The notes: generated by a model from the sequence alone, not told the origin. A DNA stretch of 64,000 nucleotides from Sediminibacterium sp. (GCA_044353005.1 JBILCS010000001.1:4287-68286); one strand, 5' to 3'; shown: positions 1 to 9,572, numbered from the stretch's first letter. Made by a program: numbers and translations.

Positions 1-569
1 GCATCACCCATTAAGCCCAACATGTCTATCACTTGATCTACGCGAGCGATATCCCATTTTGCTTTAATTTTTGCTGCATCTAGAATTTCTCTTTCATTGC
101 CAAATGCAGGTGGCTTCCACATGTATACATTGTCTTTTACCAATAATTGACCATAGTCTTTATCGGGCGTGACCATATACACTTCGTATCCCATGTCTGC
201 AGCCTGCCAAGCCAATGTCCCTATTACATCGTCTGCCTCATACCCATCGCATTCTACTACTGGAATATTAAACCCTTCAATGATGGCTTTAATATGAGGT
301 AGTGAGCTTAATAAATCTTCGGGCGCGGCTTCTCTGTTGGCTTTATAGTCTGTAAAGTCGGTGTGTCTTTCTGTAGGTGCATGCGTATCAAAGCATACAG
401 CAATATGAGAAGGATTTTCCTTTTTTATAATCTCTAATAGGGTATTGGTAAAGCCAAACTGCGCATTGGTATTGATGCCGGTGCTTGTTATTCTAGGGGT
501 GCGGATGAGTGCATAATAGGCCCTATAAATCAAGGCCAATGCATCCAGTAAAAAGAGTTTTTTAGACAT
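1..569 (-). CDS. polA: DNA polymerase I, N-terminal 5'-3' exonuclease part (runs off the left window edge)
   Basis: Not in the ORF track; manual translation from ATG at 569 gives MSKKLFLLDALALIYRAYYALIRTPRITSTGINTNAQFGF...DYKANREAAPEDL...EADDV, typical of the Pol I 5'-nuclease domain. Confidence 0.95.
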   Translation of the reverse strand, partial: MSKKLFLLDALALIYRAYYALIRTPRITSTGINTNAQFGFTNTLLEIIKKENPSHIAVCFDTHAPTERHTDFTDYKANREAAPEDLLSSLPHIKAIIEGFNIPVVECDGYEADDVIGTLAWQAADMGYEVYMVTPDKDYGQLLVKDNVYMWKPPAFGNEREILDAAKIKAKWDIARVDQVIDMLGLMGD

Positions 570-584
570 GACGCTAAGTTAACC

Positions 585-625
585 AAAAAAAATCCTCCCA
601 GTTCAGATTTACCGAGCTGGGAGGA
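585..625 (-). terminator. Rho-independent terminator after the amidohydrolase pair
   Basis: Minus strand TCCTCCCAGCTC-GGTAAATCT-GAACTGGGAGGA followed by T8. Confidence 0.8.
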
Positions 626-687
626 AACTTATTTTTCCAGGTTTATAACACTATTTAAATGAGCATTATCAACGATTGGATTTGAGC

Positions 688-1992
688 TTATTTCAATTGA
701 TACTTATGCTTATAACGTTCGTATAATTGTTTGCCTTTATTATCTAATGACACTTTGCGACCCTGGATAAAAGCATGGGCAATCACACTAGACTTCATAT
801 CTAATAAATCTCCATTCACAATTAAAAGGTTCGCGTCTTTTCCCATTTCAATAGTGCCGGCCTTGTCATCGATTCCTAAAATTTTAGCAGGATTTAAAGT
901 CACCGCGGAAAGTGCTTGTTCCTTTGTTAAACCATAGGTAGCAGCTGTTCCGGCGTTAAATGCAAGATTACGGAAACGACTTTGATCATGCGTATCGTTT
1001 AAACAAAACAATACACCGGCTTTTTGTAAAGCTGCTGGTGTTTTGTAAGGTTGATCCACGTCATCATCTTCCATAGAAGGCAAGGAATGCTGACGATCTA
1101 AGATCACTGGTACATTGTTTTCGGCTAATAAATCTGCAATCTGATAGGCTTCTGTTCCGCCCACAATCACCAATTTAAATCCAAATGATTTTGCAAGGTC
1201 CATCGCCAATAACATTTGCTTTACTTCGTTTGCACGTACAAATAATTTTTGCTTGCCTTCAAACAAGCCACGTACTGCTTCTAATTTTAAATTATTTGCA
1301 GCATGTGTTTTTTCTTGATAATAGGCTTTAGCATCGGTAAAAAACGTTTTGATGGTTTCTATCTTCTCCATCGCAGCTATCACTGGATCGCCTCCAGGAC
1401 CTGGACGCATAAATGCCATACGACCGCCACGACGTGGCATTAAGCTTGGCATATTAATATACAATCCATTGTCCATTTTATAAGCAGCATCTGTATAATT
1501 CCAAGCATCTAATTGTACCACACTTGCTTGGCCCTCTATCAACTCGCCTTCTGGCGCAACGCCTGCTAATAAAATACCATTCTCACGCAACACGCCAATA
1601 ATTTTTGAATCTGTATTGTATGCCACGATAGATCTGATGTTTGCGTTGTTTTCACCAATTTCTGTATGATCATTGCTACCACGAACACCAGAGCTAATTT
1701 CTCTTAATCCTAAATCAGATGTTGGTAAAATCAAGCCTGGATAAACTTGTTTGCCTGTACCGTCGATGACTGTGGCACCAGCCGGAATAGCTACATTGCC
1801 TACACCGATAATTTTTCCGTTTTCAAACGCAACGGTCGCGTCTGTCAAAGTGGTTCCATTTCCTATATGAACCGTAGTATTTGTAATCACTGTAACACCT
1901 TTTTGTGGTGCAGCTGGATAGACATTGTCTTGTGCACTTGCAGTTAAACCTAACAACGCAAGAGCAAAAATGCTTAAATATTTCTTTTGCAT
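688..1992 (-). CDS. Secreted amidohydrolase-family protein (imidazolonepropionase-like, small partner)
   Basis: Signal peptide; amidohydrolase motifs IDGTGKQVYPGLI, TLNPAKILG, GKDANL. Confidence 0.85.
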   Translation of the reverse strand: MQKKYLSIFALALLGLTASAQDNVYPAAPQKGVTVITNTTVHIGNGTTLTDATVAFENGKIIGVGNVAIPAGATVIDGTGKQVYPGLILPTSDLGLREISSGVRGSNDHTEIGENNANIRSIVAYNTDSKIIGVLRENGILLAGVAPEGELIEGQASVVQLDAWNYTDAAYKMDNGLYINMPSLMPRRGGRMAFMRPGPGGDPVIAAMEKIETIKTFFTDAKAYYQEKTHAANNLKLEAVRGLFEGKQKLFVRANEVKQMLLAMDLAKSFGFKLVIVGGTEAYQIADLLAENNVPVILDRQHSLPSMEDDDVDQPYKTPAALQKAGVLFCLNDTHDQSRFRNLAFNAGTAATYGLTKEQALSAVTLNPAKILGIDDKAGTIEMGKDANLLIVNGDLLDMKSSVIAHAFIQGRKVSLDNKGKQLYERYKHKYQLK

Positions 1993-1995
1993 GGT

Positions 1996-4900
1996 TTAGT
2001 TTTTTTGAGATTCGTAAATAGTGTTAAGACCTTCGTTGTGCTCATGGTCTCCACACTCTAATAATATTTGCGTAGTTGGTGTAGCTGGTCTAGTTGGCAT
2101 GCCAGCTCTTTTATCGCCTAGCATTTTTTGGATCAGCTTGGTTCTTTCTGCTGTCACTTGTTTGCTACGCTCTGCATCTTTTTCACGATCAAAATAAACC
2201 GTACCATCCACAATCGTATATAAAGATTTTGCGTAGATGCTTAATGGGTGCTCGCTCCACAAAACCACATCTGCGTCTTTACCTACTTTGATACTTCCTA
2301 CTTTATTGTCAACATGAAGTGCTTTTGCAGGATTTAAAGTAACCATCTTAAACGCCTCTTCTTCTGATACGCCACCATATTTAACCGCCTTTCCAGCTTC
2401 TTGATTCAATCTGCGAGCCATTTCAGCATCGTCAGAATTAATCACCGTATTCACACCTACATTATGCATAATAGAAGCGTTGTAAGCAATCGCGTCAATG
2501 ACTTCGGTTTTGTATGCAAACCAGTCAGAGAAAGTTGCAGCGCTAGCGCCGTGTTTTTTCATTTTATCCGCAACTTTGTACCCATCTAAAATATGTGTAA
2601 AAGTATTGATGTTAAAATCATAACCCTGTGCTTTGAATTTTTCAACCGCTTCCATCGCATAGGTAATTTCGGTTTGTACATAAGAGTGGCAAGTGATAAA
2701 ACGTTTTTTATTCATGATCTCCGCCAACGCTTCTAACTCTAAATCTCTTCTTGTAGTTGTTGGGTTGGCTTTCATTGCTTTTTGATAGTCCACCGCTTTA
2801 TCAAATGCATCTGTCAATACTTCTTCTACCCCCATTCTCGTATCAGGAAAACGATTATTGCTAGTAGAAGTAGTTCGCTTTACGTTTTCACCTAATGCAA
2901 ACTTAATAAATGGATCTGCGCCCGCAAATTTCAATCCTTCATCCGTTGTACCCCATCTTAATTTAATCAACTGTGTTTGACCACCAATTGTATTCGCACT
3001 TCCGTGAAGGATATGAGAAGAAGTCACACCACCGCTTAATTGACGATAAATATTAATGTCCTCTGGATTCATATTGTCTCCCACTCTTACTTCTGCTGTA
3101 GTAGATTGTGAACCTTCGTTGATTGACAATGCAGCAATATGCGAGTGTTCATCGATGATACCAGCACTTAAAAATTTACCTGTTCCATCCATTACTCTTG
3201 CACCAGCCTCTGTCAAGCCTTTTCCAATTTTTGTAATTTTACCTGCTTTTAATAAGACATCTGTATTTTGTAAATTCCCTTCTTTTTCATTTGTCAAGAC
3301 GGTTGCATTCTTAATTAAGATAGTCTCTTGTTGAGGCATTACTTCGTTTCCTAATCCAACAAAGGGATAAGTTACCTTTGAAATTAATTTCACCGGCTCT
3401 GCTGTTTTCTTTTCTTCCATTGCAACTGTTGCTGGAGCAATAAGACTTGCAGACCAAGTCAGTTTGCCGCCCTTTGCATCTGTTCCAAATCCATTCCAAC
3501 CACCGCTTGCCATGACACCGCTTAAGCGAATGCTTTCAACACCACGACCCTTTTTTTCTGGAAAGCTAATCTTCACCAAAGTCTCGCTCACTGCAATTTT
3601 TGCAGCCAATGTATCTGTTCCAATAATATTCGCAGATAGGTCTTTTTTAATTTCAACCGTGTAGTCTGTTTTTGTTCCAGCGTTATTAATCGTTAATTTG
3701 TATTTGCCAGCAAGGCTATTCCACTCTGACCCATTCACATCGTACTTGTTTCCTTGGATCCAGTTTTCAATAATTTTTGCATTGCTATTAAAAATGGATT
3801 CTGTGGTAATTAAGAAATTAGCCAATTTACCAACCTCTAATGAACCCACTTGATCGTATACGCCAATTTGTTGTGCAGGTGTTTTAGTCAATGCCTCTAA
3901 TGCTTTTGATTCAGAAAGGCCATATTGAACCGCTTTTCTAAGGTTTGCTAAAAACTGCTTTCCGTCTCTCATATCAGAAGTACTGATACTAAAGCTAATG
4001 CCCGCTTTTTCAAATGCAGCAGGATTGGTTGGTGCTAGTTCCCAGTGTTTCATTTCTGATAAAGCAACAAATCTTGCGTCGTTCGCATCCTCTACATCCA
4101 ATGCAGCAGGAAAATCAAGACCTAATATATAAGACGTTTTTATTTTAGCTAACTCATCTATTCTTTGGTATCCATTATCGGCACCTCTAATAATATATTG
4201 TGTTCCAAATTCTTTTGCAATACGATCTGCTCTTAGAGTAGACCACTTATCGTCTGCAACAAAAATTTGAGGTAAACTCGCGTTGGCATTAAAAGCTTCA
4301 AGTGATAAATTCACACCCTCAGAAGCTGGTTTAGTTGCATACCATTTAGCATCTAAATAAGTTTGACGCAACAATGCAATACTGCCCATCAAGCTACTTG
4401 GATAAGTTTGTGTGGATATTCCTTTATCAAAAGAAAACACTTGTGCAGCTTTTGATTTTAAAATACTTTGATTTTCGTTTGTGCCAGCCAAAGTAACCAC
4501 AGCAGCCGTTCCTCTTGCAATACCATCTTTCACATGGGTCATCACGGTTCCATATCCATTGTTTCTAAAACCCGCCGCAACTGCCTCGTCCATGCTGAAA
4601 GACTCTACTGCATTCACTTCTGGCTTAATAGCTTGATTCCAGTTATACGCGCCTGGCTTATTAGAAAGAAACTGTCCTGGTGCGCCAAAATTAAATCCTG
4701 CAGCAGATCGCTTTGGTGTATTTGCACCATAGTCTGTTAAAGGATCTACAAAACTTGGGTAGATAAACTTACCATTACAGTCAACAACAATCGCTTCTTT
4801 AGGAATATCGACTGTTGCGCCAACGGCAACAATTTTACCTTGCTTAATTACAAGTGTTGCTTTTTCAATTTTAGTTTTTTCGTTTTGAATGATGGTTGCG

Positions 4901-5019
4901 TTGGTAAATGCATACACACCTGTTCTCAAATCTCTCACTCCGTTAATTGGAAAAGACTCCTGCGAAAAAGCAGTTGCTCCAATTACAAGCAATAGAAATG
5001 ATAAAATAATCTTCCTCAT
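1996..5019 (-). CDS. Secreted double-domain amidohydrolase-family protein
   Basis: Start moved to MRKIILSFLL (signal peptide) at 5019; two amidohydrolase repeats, the C-terminal one with IIDEHSH metal motif. Confidence 0.85.
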   Translation of the reverse strand: MRKIILSFLLLVIGATAFSQESFPINGVRDLRTGVYAFTNATIIQNEKTKIEKATLVIKQGKIVAVGATVDIPKEAIVVDCNGKFIYPSFVDPLTDYGANTPKRSAAGFNFGAPGQFLSNKPGAYNWNQAIKPEVNAVESFSMDEAVAAGFRNNGYGTVMTHVKDGIARGTAAVVTLAGTNENQSILKSKAAQVFSFDKGISTQTYPSSLMGSIALLRQTYLDAKWYATKPASEGVNLSLEAFNANASLPQIFVADDKWSTLRADRIAKEFGTQYIIRGADNGYQRIDELAKIKTSYILGLDFPAALDVEDANDARFVALSEMKHWELAPTNPAAFEKAGISFSISTSDMRDGKQFLANLRKAVQYGLSESKALEALTKTPAQQIGVYDQVGSLEVGKLANFLITTESIFNSNAKIIENWIQGNKYDVNGSEWNSLAGKYKLTINNAGTKTDYTVEIKKDLSANIIGTDTLAAKIAVSETLVKISFPEKKGRGVESIRLSGVMASGGWNGFGTDAKGGKLTWSASLIAPATVAMEEKKTAEPVKLISKVTYPFVGLGNEVMPQQETILIKNATVLTNEKEGNLQNTDVLLKAGKITKIGKGLTEAGARVMDGTGKFLSAGIIDEHSHIAALSINEGSQSTTAEVRVGDNMNPEDINIYRQLSGGVTSSHILHGSANTIGGQTQLIKLRWGTTDEGLKFAGADPFIKFALGENVKRTTSTSNNRFPDTRMGVEEVLTDAFDKAVDYQKAMKANPTTTRRDLELEALAEIMNKKRFITCHSYVQTEITYAMEAVEKFKAQGYDFNINTFTHILDGYKVADKMKKHGASAATFSDWFAYKTEVIDAIAYNASIMHNVGVNTVINSDDAEMARRLNQEAGKAVKYGGVSEEEAFKMVTLNPAKALHVDNKVGSIKVGKDADVVLWSEHPLSIYAKSLYTIVDGTVYFDREKDAERSKQVTAERTKLIQKMLGDKRAGMPTRPATPTTQILLECGDHEHNEGLNTIYESQKN

Positions 5020-5186
5020 ACGCGGTTGATTTTTAGTTTTGAATAAAAAAATAAAGCCCAATTTTTCACCAAAAAAAATTTAGGTGAATGATGGAAGCGA
5101 ATCTTTCTAAAGCTACTAAAAACAACGATTCAAATGGGGAGAACTTGCTTTTTTTTGATAAATGGCGTAGGGGGTAATTTGATGTA

Positions 5187-7055
5187 TTATCGACCCATGT
5201 AAACCATCAGAATTTGAATGTCACTTGGGTTTACACCACTAATTCTACTTGCTTGTCCAATTGTAATTGGTCTGATTTTTTTAAACTTCTGCATCGCTTC
5301 TATAGACAGCGCTGGCACTTTATCAAAATCAAAACTATCTGGTATTGATTTATGCTCCAATGCAGACATGCGTTCCACAATTTCTTTTTCTTTCTCTATA
5401 TATCTTTCATACTTCACCTGGATCTCTGCTTGCTCTAAATAATCAGGTTCGTTCCCTTGAAGTTTTTCATTTAAGGAAACCGAATGATCCATTAATTGTT
5501 GTAAACTAATATTAGGTCTTAAAACTAATTTTGATGCTTTTTGTTTTTCGGTCATCTCCGCAGAGTCAATGCTAGTAAGGAATCCATTGATTTCATGTGG
5601 TTCTATGGAGTGCGTATTCAAAGTGTTTTTAATCTCTGCTACGTAGTTATTTTTATCTTGAACTTTACGCATGCGATCGATACTTGCTAAACCTAAATTG
5701 TAGGATAATTCTGTTAATCTTAAGTCAGCATTGTCCTGACGCAATAGGGTTCTAAACTCCGCCCTAGAGGTAAACATTCTATAGGGTTCATTGGTTCCTT
5801 TGCTAATTAAGTCGTCTATTAAAACACCAATATAAGCATCGCTTCTTTGTAAAATAAATGGCACTTTTTCATTGATTTTTAAATGCGCGTTCATCCCCGC
5901 CATCATCCCTTGACAAGCTGCTTCTTCATAGCCAGTTGTTCCGTTAATTTGTCCAGCAAAATATAAATTATCAATGGCCTTTGTTTCTAGTGTATACTTT
6001 AGTTGAGTGGGTTGGAAAAAATCATACTCAATCGCATAACCCGGGCGGAACATTCTCGCTTTTTCAAAGCCAGGAACCTTACGAAGGGCTTCGTATTGCA
6101 CTTCTTCTGGTAAGCTAGTGCTAAACCCGTTTACATATACCTCTACTGTATTCCAGCCTTCTGGCTCAACAAATAATTGATGTCTTTCTCTATCTGCAAA
6201 TCGATTGATTTTATCTTCAATGCTTGGGCAGTATCTTGGACCCACACCTTCTATACGGCCTTGGTACATTGGGCTTCTGTCAAATCCTGTTTTTAATATA
6301 TCGTGTACAATAGGATCAGTATACGTAATCCAACAAGAGCGCTGGTCTGCTGCTTTAACCCTTGGAATATCCATATAACTAAAGCCTACCACGTCTTCGT
6401 CTCCTTTTTGTTCTTCCATTTTGGAATAATCCAAGCTTCTGCCGTCTACTCTTGGGGGCGTGCCCGTTTTGAGTCTATCTGATTCCAGGCCAAATGAAAC
6501 AAGCTGTTCGGTAATGCCTGTCGCTGCTCTTTCTGCTACTCTTCCGCCGCCCATTTGCTTTTCTCCTATGTGCATGATGCCATTTAAAAATGTGCCGCTA
6601 GTGATTACCACGGCGTCAGCTAAGATTTCGTGACCCATGCTCGTTTTAACGCCACAGGCCTTGCCATTCTTTATAACTAGTTCATTTACAGAGTCTTGGT
6701 AAAAATCAACATTGGGCGTAAGCTCTAACATCTCTCTCCATTTGCTTGCAAAAAGGTGTCGATCGTTCTGTGCCCTAGGACTCCACATGGCCGGTCCCTT
6801 GCTTTTATTCAACATCCTAAACTGAATCGTACTTAAATCGGACACTATTCCACTGTATCCACCCATCGCATCTATCTCCCTCACAATTTGACCCTTGGCA
6901 ATACCGCCCATGGCAGGATTACAACTCATTTGTGCGATAGTCTGCATGTTCATAGTAATCAACAGGACTTTAGAGCCCATATTGGCTGCTGCCGCTGCTG
7001 CTTCAGAACCAGCATGGCCTGCTCCTACTACTATGACATTGTATTTTGGAAACAT
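5187..7055 (-). CDS. mnmG: tRNA uridine 5-carboxymethylaminomethyl modification enzyme MnmG (GidA)
   Basis: GAGHAG FAD motif, MSCNPAMGG, GPRYCPSIEDK, AGQINGTTGYEEAA. Confidence 0.98.
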   Translation of the reverse strand: MFPKYNVIVVGAGHAGSEAAAAAANMGSKVLLITMNMQTIAQMSCNPAMGGIAKGQIVREIDAMGGYSGIVSDLSTIQFRMLNKSKGPAMWSPRAQNDRHLFASKWREMLELTPNVDFYQDSVNELVIKNGKACGVKTSMGHEILADAVVITSGTFLNGIMHIGEKQMGGGRVAERAATGITEQLVSFGLESDRLKTGTPPRVDGRSLDYSKMEEQKGDEDVVGFSYMDIPRVKAADQRSCWITYTDPIVHDILKTGFDRSPMYQGRIEGVGPRYCPSIEDKINRFADRERHQLFVEPEGWNTVEVYVNGFSTSLPEEVQYEALRKVPGFEKARMFRPGYAIEYDFFQPTQLKYTLETKAIDNLYFAGQINGTTGYEEAACQGMMAGMNAHLKINEKVPFILQRSDAYIGVLIDDLISKGTNEPYRMFTSRAEFRTLLRQDNADLRLTELSYNLGLASIDRMRKVQDKNNYVAEIKNTLNTHSIEPHEINGFLTSIDSAEMTEKQKASKLVLRPNISLQQLMDHSVSLNEKLQGNEPDYLEQAEIQVKYERYIEKEKEIVERMSALEHKSIPDSFDFDKVPALSIEAMQKFKKIRPITIGQASRISGVNPSDIQILMVYMGR

Positions 7056-7093
7056 AAGGATGCAAAGATAAGATGGTTTTACTAAATTAATGA

Positions 7094-7109
7094 CGTTCCA
7101 CGTGGAACG
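7094..7109. promoter_or_regulatory. parS centromere site 1 (inside a 38-bp perfect palindrome, 7083-7120)
   Basis: CGTTCCACGTGGAACG matches the canonical ParB site TGTTNCACGTGNAACA except at the outer bases. Confidence 0.85.
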
Positions 7110-7142
7110 TCATTAATTTATATGGAGTATCAAACACTTCGT

Positions 7143-7158
7143 TTTTTCTCGTGGAACA
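7143..7158. promoter_or_regulatory. Degenerate parS site
   Basis: TTTTTCTCGTGGAACA: intact right half-site, 2 mismatches to TGTTTCACGTGGAACA. Confidence 0.5.
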
Positions 7159-7217
7159 CTTTGTATTTTTTCCTCTACTAGTAAGCCCTGTCTAAAATTG
7201 TACTTCTACAAGTATAT

Positions 7218-7296
7218 ATTAGAAAAAATACCGAAATATTCGTCTCTCTGCTCGCGTTGCTCGAAAGTTCGTCGAATATTTGTATTGTTTTCTAAT
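7218..7296. repeat. 79-nt imperfect hairpin element, copy A
   Basis: Arms ATTAGAAAA/TTTTCTAAT, AATAC/GTATT, AAATATTCG/CGAATATTT enclosing core GTCTCTCTGCTCGCGTTGCTCGAA. Confidence 0.75.
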
Positions 7297-7357
7297 TATT
7301 CAACTTGAGGCAATAGCAAATCACAACAACCCCTAACCAGCATTTACACAGTAAGCA

Positions 7358-7436
7358 ATTGAGAATAATATACTATTCCGTAGCGATCGTTCGAGCAAAG
7401 CGAGCGAGAGACAAGGAATAGGTATATTTTCTCAAT
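7358..7436. repeat. 79-nt imperfect hairpin element, copy B (inverted relative to A)
   Basis: Arms ATTGAGAA/TTCTCAAT, AATATAC/GTATATT, TATTCC/GGAATA enclosing core TTCGAGCAAAGCGAGCGAGAGAC, the reverse complement of the copy A core with 1 substitution and 1 indel. Confidence 0.75.
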
Positions 7437-7482
7437 CTTTAAATTTCATAAGTTCATATTTGGTGTTCACTTGTTACGAAAA

Positions 7483-7498
7483 TGTTCCACGTGGAACA
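7483..7498. promoter_or_regulatory. parS centromere site 2
   Basis: Perfect 16-bp palindrome TGTTCCACGTGGAACA. Confidence 0.9.
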
Positions 7499-7519
7499 CT
7501 CAGTCAATTGATCATCATC

Positions 7520-7957
7520 CTAGGCAATCATTTTCAAATACGCTTTAAGCCATTTATCCTCCATTGAACGCATCATCTTTACATCTGCTGGTTTTTTGTC
7601 CTTGTATCCACAAAAATGCAGTGCGCCATGAAAAATCACCCTTAATAGCTCGTGCATATACAAATTCCCTTCTGTTTTGGCATTTTCCTTGACGCGATCA
7701 ACGCTTATATAGATATCTCCAATTAATTTCCCCTTCTGGTCTGAAAGATCAAAGCTGAGAATATCTGTGTAGAAATCGTGTTGTAAAAACCGTTTGTTGA
7801 TATCTAATAGATAGGCATCGGAACAGAATACATATTGTAGGGCCTCTATCTTAATGCCCTGTTTATGACATTGCTGATGGATAAAGGCTTTTAGCTTTGT
7901 CCTAAACCTAAGGCTGGTACTCTTATCCGCATTGTTAAAAAAAATAGTCCTGTCCAT
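7520..7957 (-). CDS. ybeY: rRNA maturation endoribonuclease YbeY
   Basis: TDILSF, GDIYIS, HGALHFCGYKD metal motif. Confidence 0.95.
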   Translation of the reverse strand: MDRTIFFNNADKSTSLRFRTKLKAFIHQQCHKQGIKIEALQYVFCSDAYLLDINKRFLQHDFYTDILSFDLSDQKGKLIGDIYISVDRVKENAKTEGNLYMHELLRVIFHGALHFCGYKDKKPADVKMMRSMEDKWLKAYLKMIA

Positions 7958-8050
7958 AAAACATTGAGAGTGATTGTATTTATAACGAAATTTAATGCTC
8001 CATATTTCGTAAGCACATAAATATAAACTATGGTATCTTTGTGCTCTATT

Positions 8051-8269
8051 ATGAAGAAATTGTCGGATTTAAAAATTGGTGAAACGGGCGTGATTCACTC
8101 CTTTGAAAATGATGAAATATTTTTAAAGTTGATGGAGATGGGTTGCATTCCTGGTGAAACCATTCGAGTAGAACAAATTGCGCCGCTTGGAGATCCTATA
8201 TCAATTTCTGTAGCGGGTTATCAATTAAGCTTAAGAAATGACGAAGCAGAGGGTATCATTATTACCTAA
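8051..8269 (+). CDS. feoA: FeoA-domain protein
   Basis: LMEMGCIPG...APLGDPI...LSLR; start moved to ATG 8051 downstream of TATCTTTG. Confidence 0.9.
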   Translation: MKKLSDLKIGETGVIHSFENDEIFLKLMEMGCIPGETIRVEQIAPLGDPISISVAGYQLSLRNDEAEGIIIT

Positions 8270-8304
8270 AACCTGCATAACTAACTGAATATCAATATTT
8301 TGAG

Positions 8305-8913
8305 ATGAAAATTGGTCTATTTTTCGGTTCATTTAATCCCATTCACCATGGCCATTTAATGGTGGCTAGTTATATTGCTAACCATACTGATTTGAAACAA
8401 ATTTGGTTGGTCGTCTCTCCTCAAAATCCTCATAAAAGCCAATCTAGTTTATTAAACGAATATGATCGTTTGCATTTAGCGCAATTGGCCATTGAAAATG
8501 ATGATCAGATTAAGGTAAGCGACATAGAGTTTAAGCTTCCAAAACCCTCCTATACTATTGATACCCTAACGTATTTAGAAGAGAAGTTTCCACAGCACGA
8601 ATTTTATATCATCATGGGAGGAGATAGTTTTCAAAATTTACCTAAATGGAAAAATTTTGAAACCCTTGTAAAAAATTATCAATTCATTGTTTATAGAAGA
8701 CCGGGGTTTGATATCACAGAAAATTATGGTGCAAATATGCAATACCTTGAAGCACCCATGTTGGAATTATCAGCAACCTTAATTCGCAATAATTGTAAGG
8801 ACGGCATCACAATACGTTATTTAGTTCCAGAGGACGTGCGATTAGAAATTGAAAGGTGCAATTATTTTAAAGAAGAAGGCGCGAAGGCGCCTGATGAAAA
8901 AAAGAATTATTAA
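8305..8913 (+). CDS. nadD: Nicotinate-nucleotide adenylyltransferase
   Basis: FFGSFNPIHHGH, SYTIDTL, IMGGDS, LSATLIR. Confidence 0.95.
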   Translation: MKIGLFFGSFNPIHHGHLMVASYIANHTDLKQIWLVVSPQNPHKSQSSLLNEYDRLHLAQLAIENDDQIKVSDIEFKLPKPSYTIDTLTYLEEKFPQHEFYIIMGGDSFQNLPKWKNFETLVKNYQFIVYRRPGFDITENYGANMQYLEAPMLELSATLIRNNCKDGITIRYLVPEDVRLEIERCNYFKEEGAKAPDEKKNY

Positions 8914-8956
8914 GGAAGCCCTAAAAGAGAAGCCCTAAGGACAAAACCTGCTCTAA

Positions 8957-9463
8957 TTATTTCTTTTTATAAACAGGTACTGTAGAACAAGGTTCTCCGT
9001 ACATAATACTTTTAACTACTGGGCGTAGTTTTTGTGTAATTGCAATAAATGCAGATTCTCCAATAGGTGTATCACCACAGCCTTTAACAACAACACGTTG
9101 GTCTGTAAAAGAAGAAGGATCTATCTTTTGTATCTCTTCTAATAAAACCAACTCTCTTGTTTTGTTTTCATCACCAAAATAAACCGACTTGGCAAAAGGT
9201 GATAAATTTACAACAATCAACATATTTGCCCACATTGGAATAATGGCATCTGTGCTACAGAAAATACCTACCATTTTATTTTCATATTGTGTCCAATCTA
9301 TAGCAGCTAAACTTGCGCGAAAATCTTTCTCTTTAAGAATTAACTCCATAAATAAATAGGGTTTAATATCAAAAACAACTATTTCATTGTTTGGGATATA
9401 TTGAGCTAGGTCCAAACTAATTAAACCACTCTCCGCTACTTTATTAATAAGAGGTTCTGACAT
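8957..9463 (-). CDS. DUF2480-like conserved Bacteroidota protein
   Basis: INKVAESGL...ILKEKDFR...KGCG...SIMYGEPCSTVPVYKK. Confidence 0.8.
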   Translation of the reverse strand: MSEPLINKVAESGLISLDLAQYIPNNEIVVFDIKPYLFMELILKEKDFRASLAAIDWTQYENKMVGIFCSTDAIIPMWANMLIVVNLSPFAKSVYFGDENKTRELVLLEEIQKIDPSSFTDQRVVVKGCGDTPIGESAFIAITQKLRPVVKSIMYGEPCSTVPVYKKK

Positions 9464-9522
9464 GGTGTAAAATTAGATTGTTTTTTAGAAACCATAGAAA
9501 AATCTTGTTTCGAAAAGCGAAT

Positions 9523-9551
9523 AAAAAAACCCCCGAAAAATTCGAGGGTTT
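9523..9551 (-). terminator. Rho-independent terminator after ppiD
   Basis: Minus strand AAACCCTCGAA-TTT-TTCGGGGGTTT followed by a T-run. Confidence 0.75.
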
Positions 9552-9572
9552 AAAATAAGTTTTGATTGACTG

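Noticed and set aside
7056-7519. mnmG-ybeY gap as a CRISPR array or as oriC itself
   Set aside because: Only two inverted repeat units, with no repeat-spacer periodicity and no cas genes; lacks the DnaA-box cluster seen at 11.7-12.4 kb
8875-8940. Short direct repeats GAAGGCGC x2 and GAAGCCCTAA x2 at the nadD 3' end
   Set aside because: Two copies each of 8-10 nt; consistent with local slippage, with no evidence of an element
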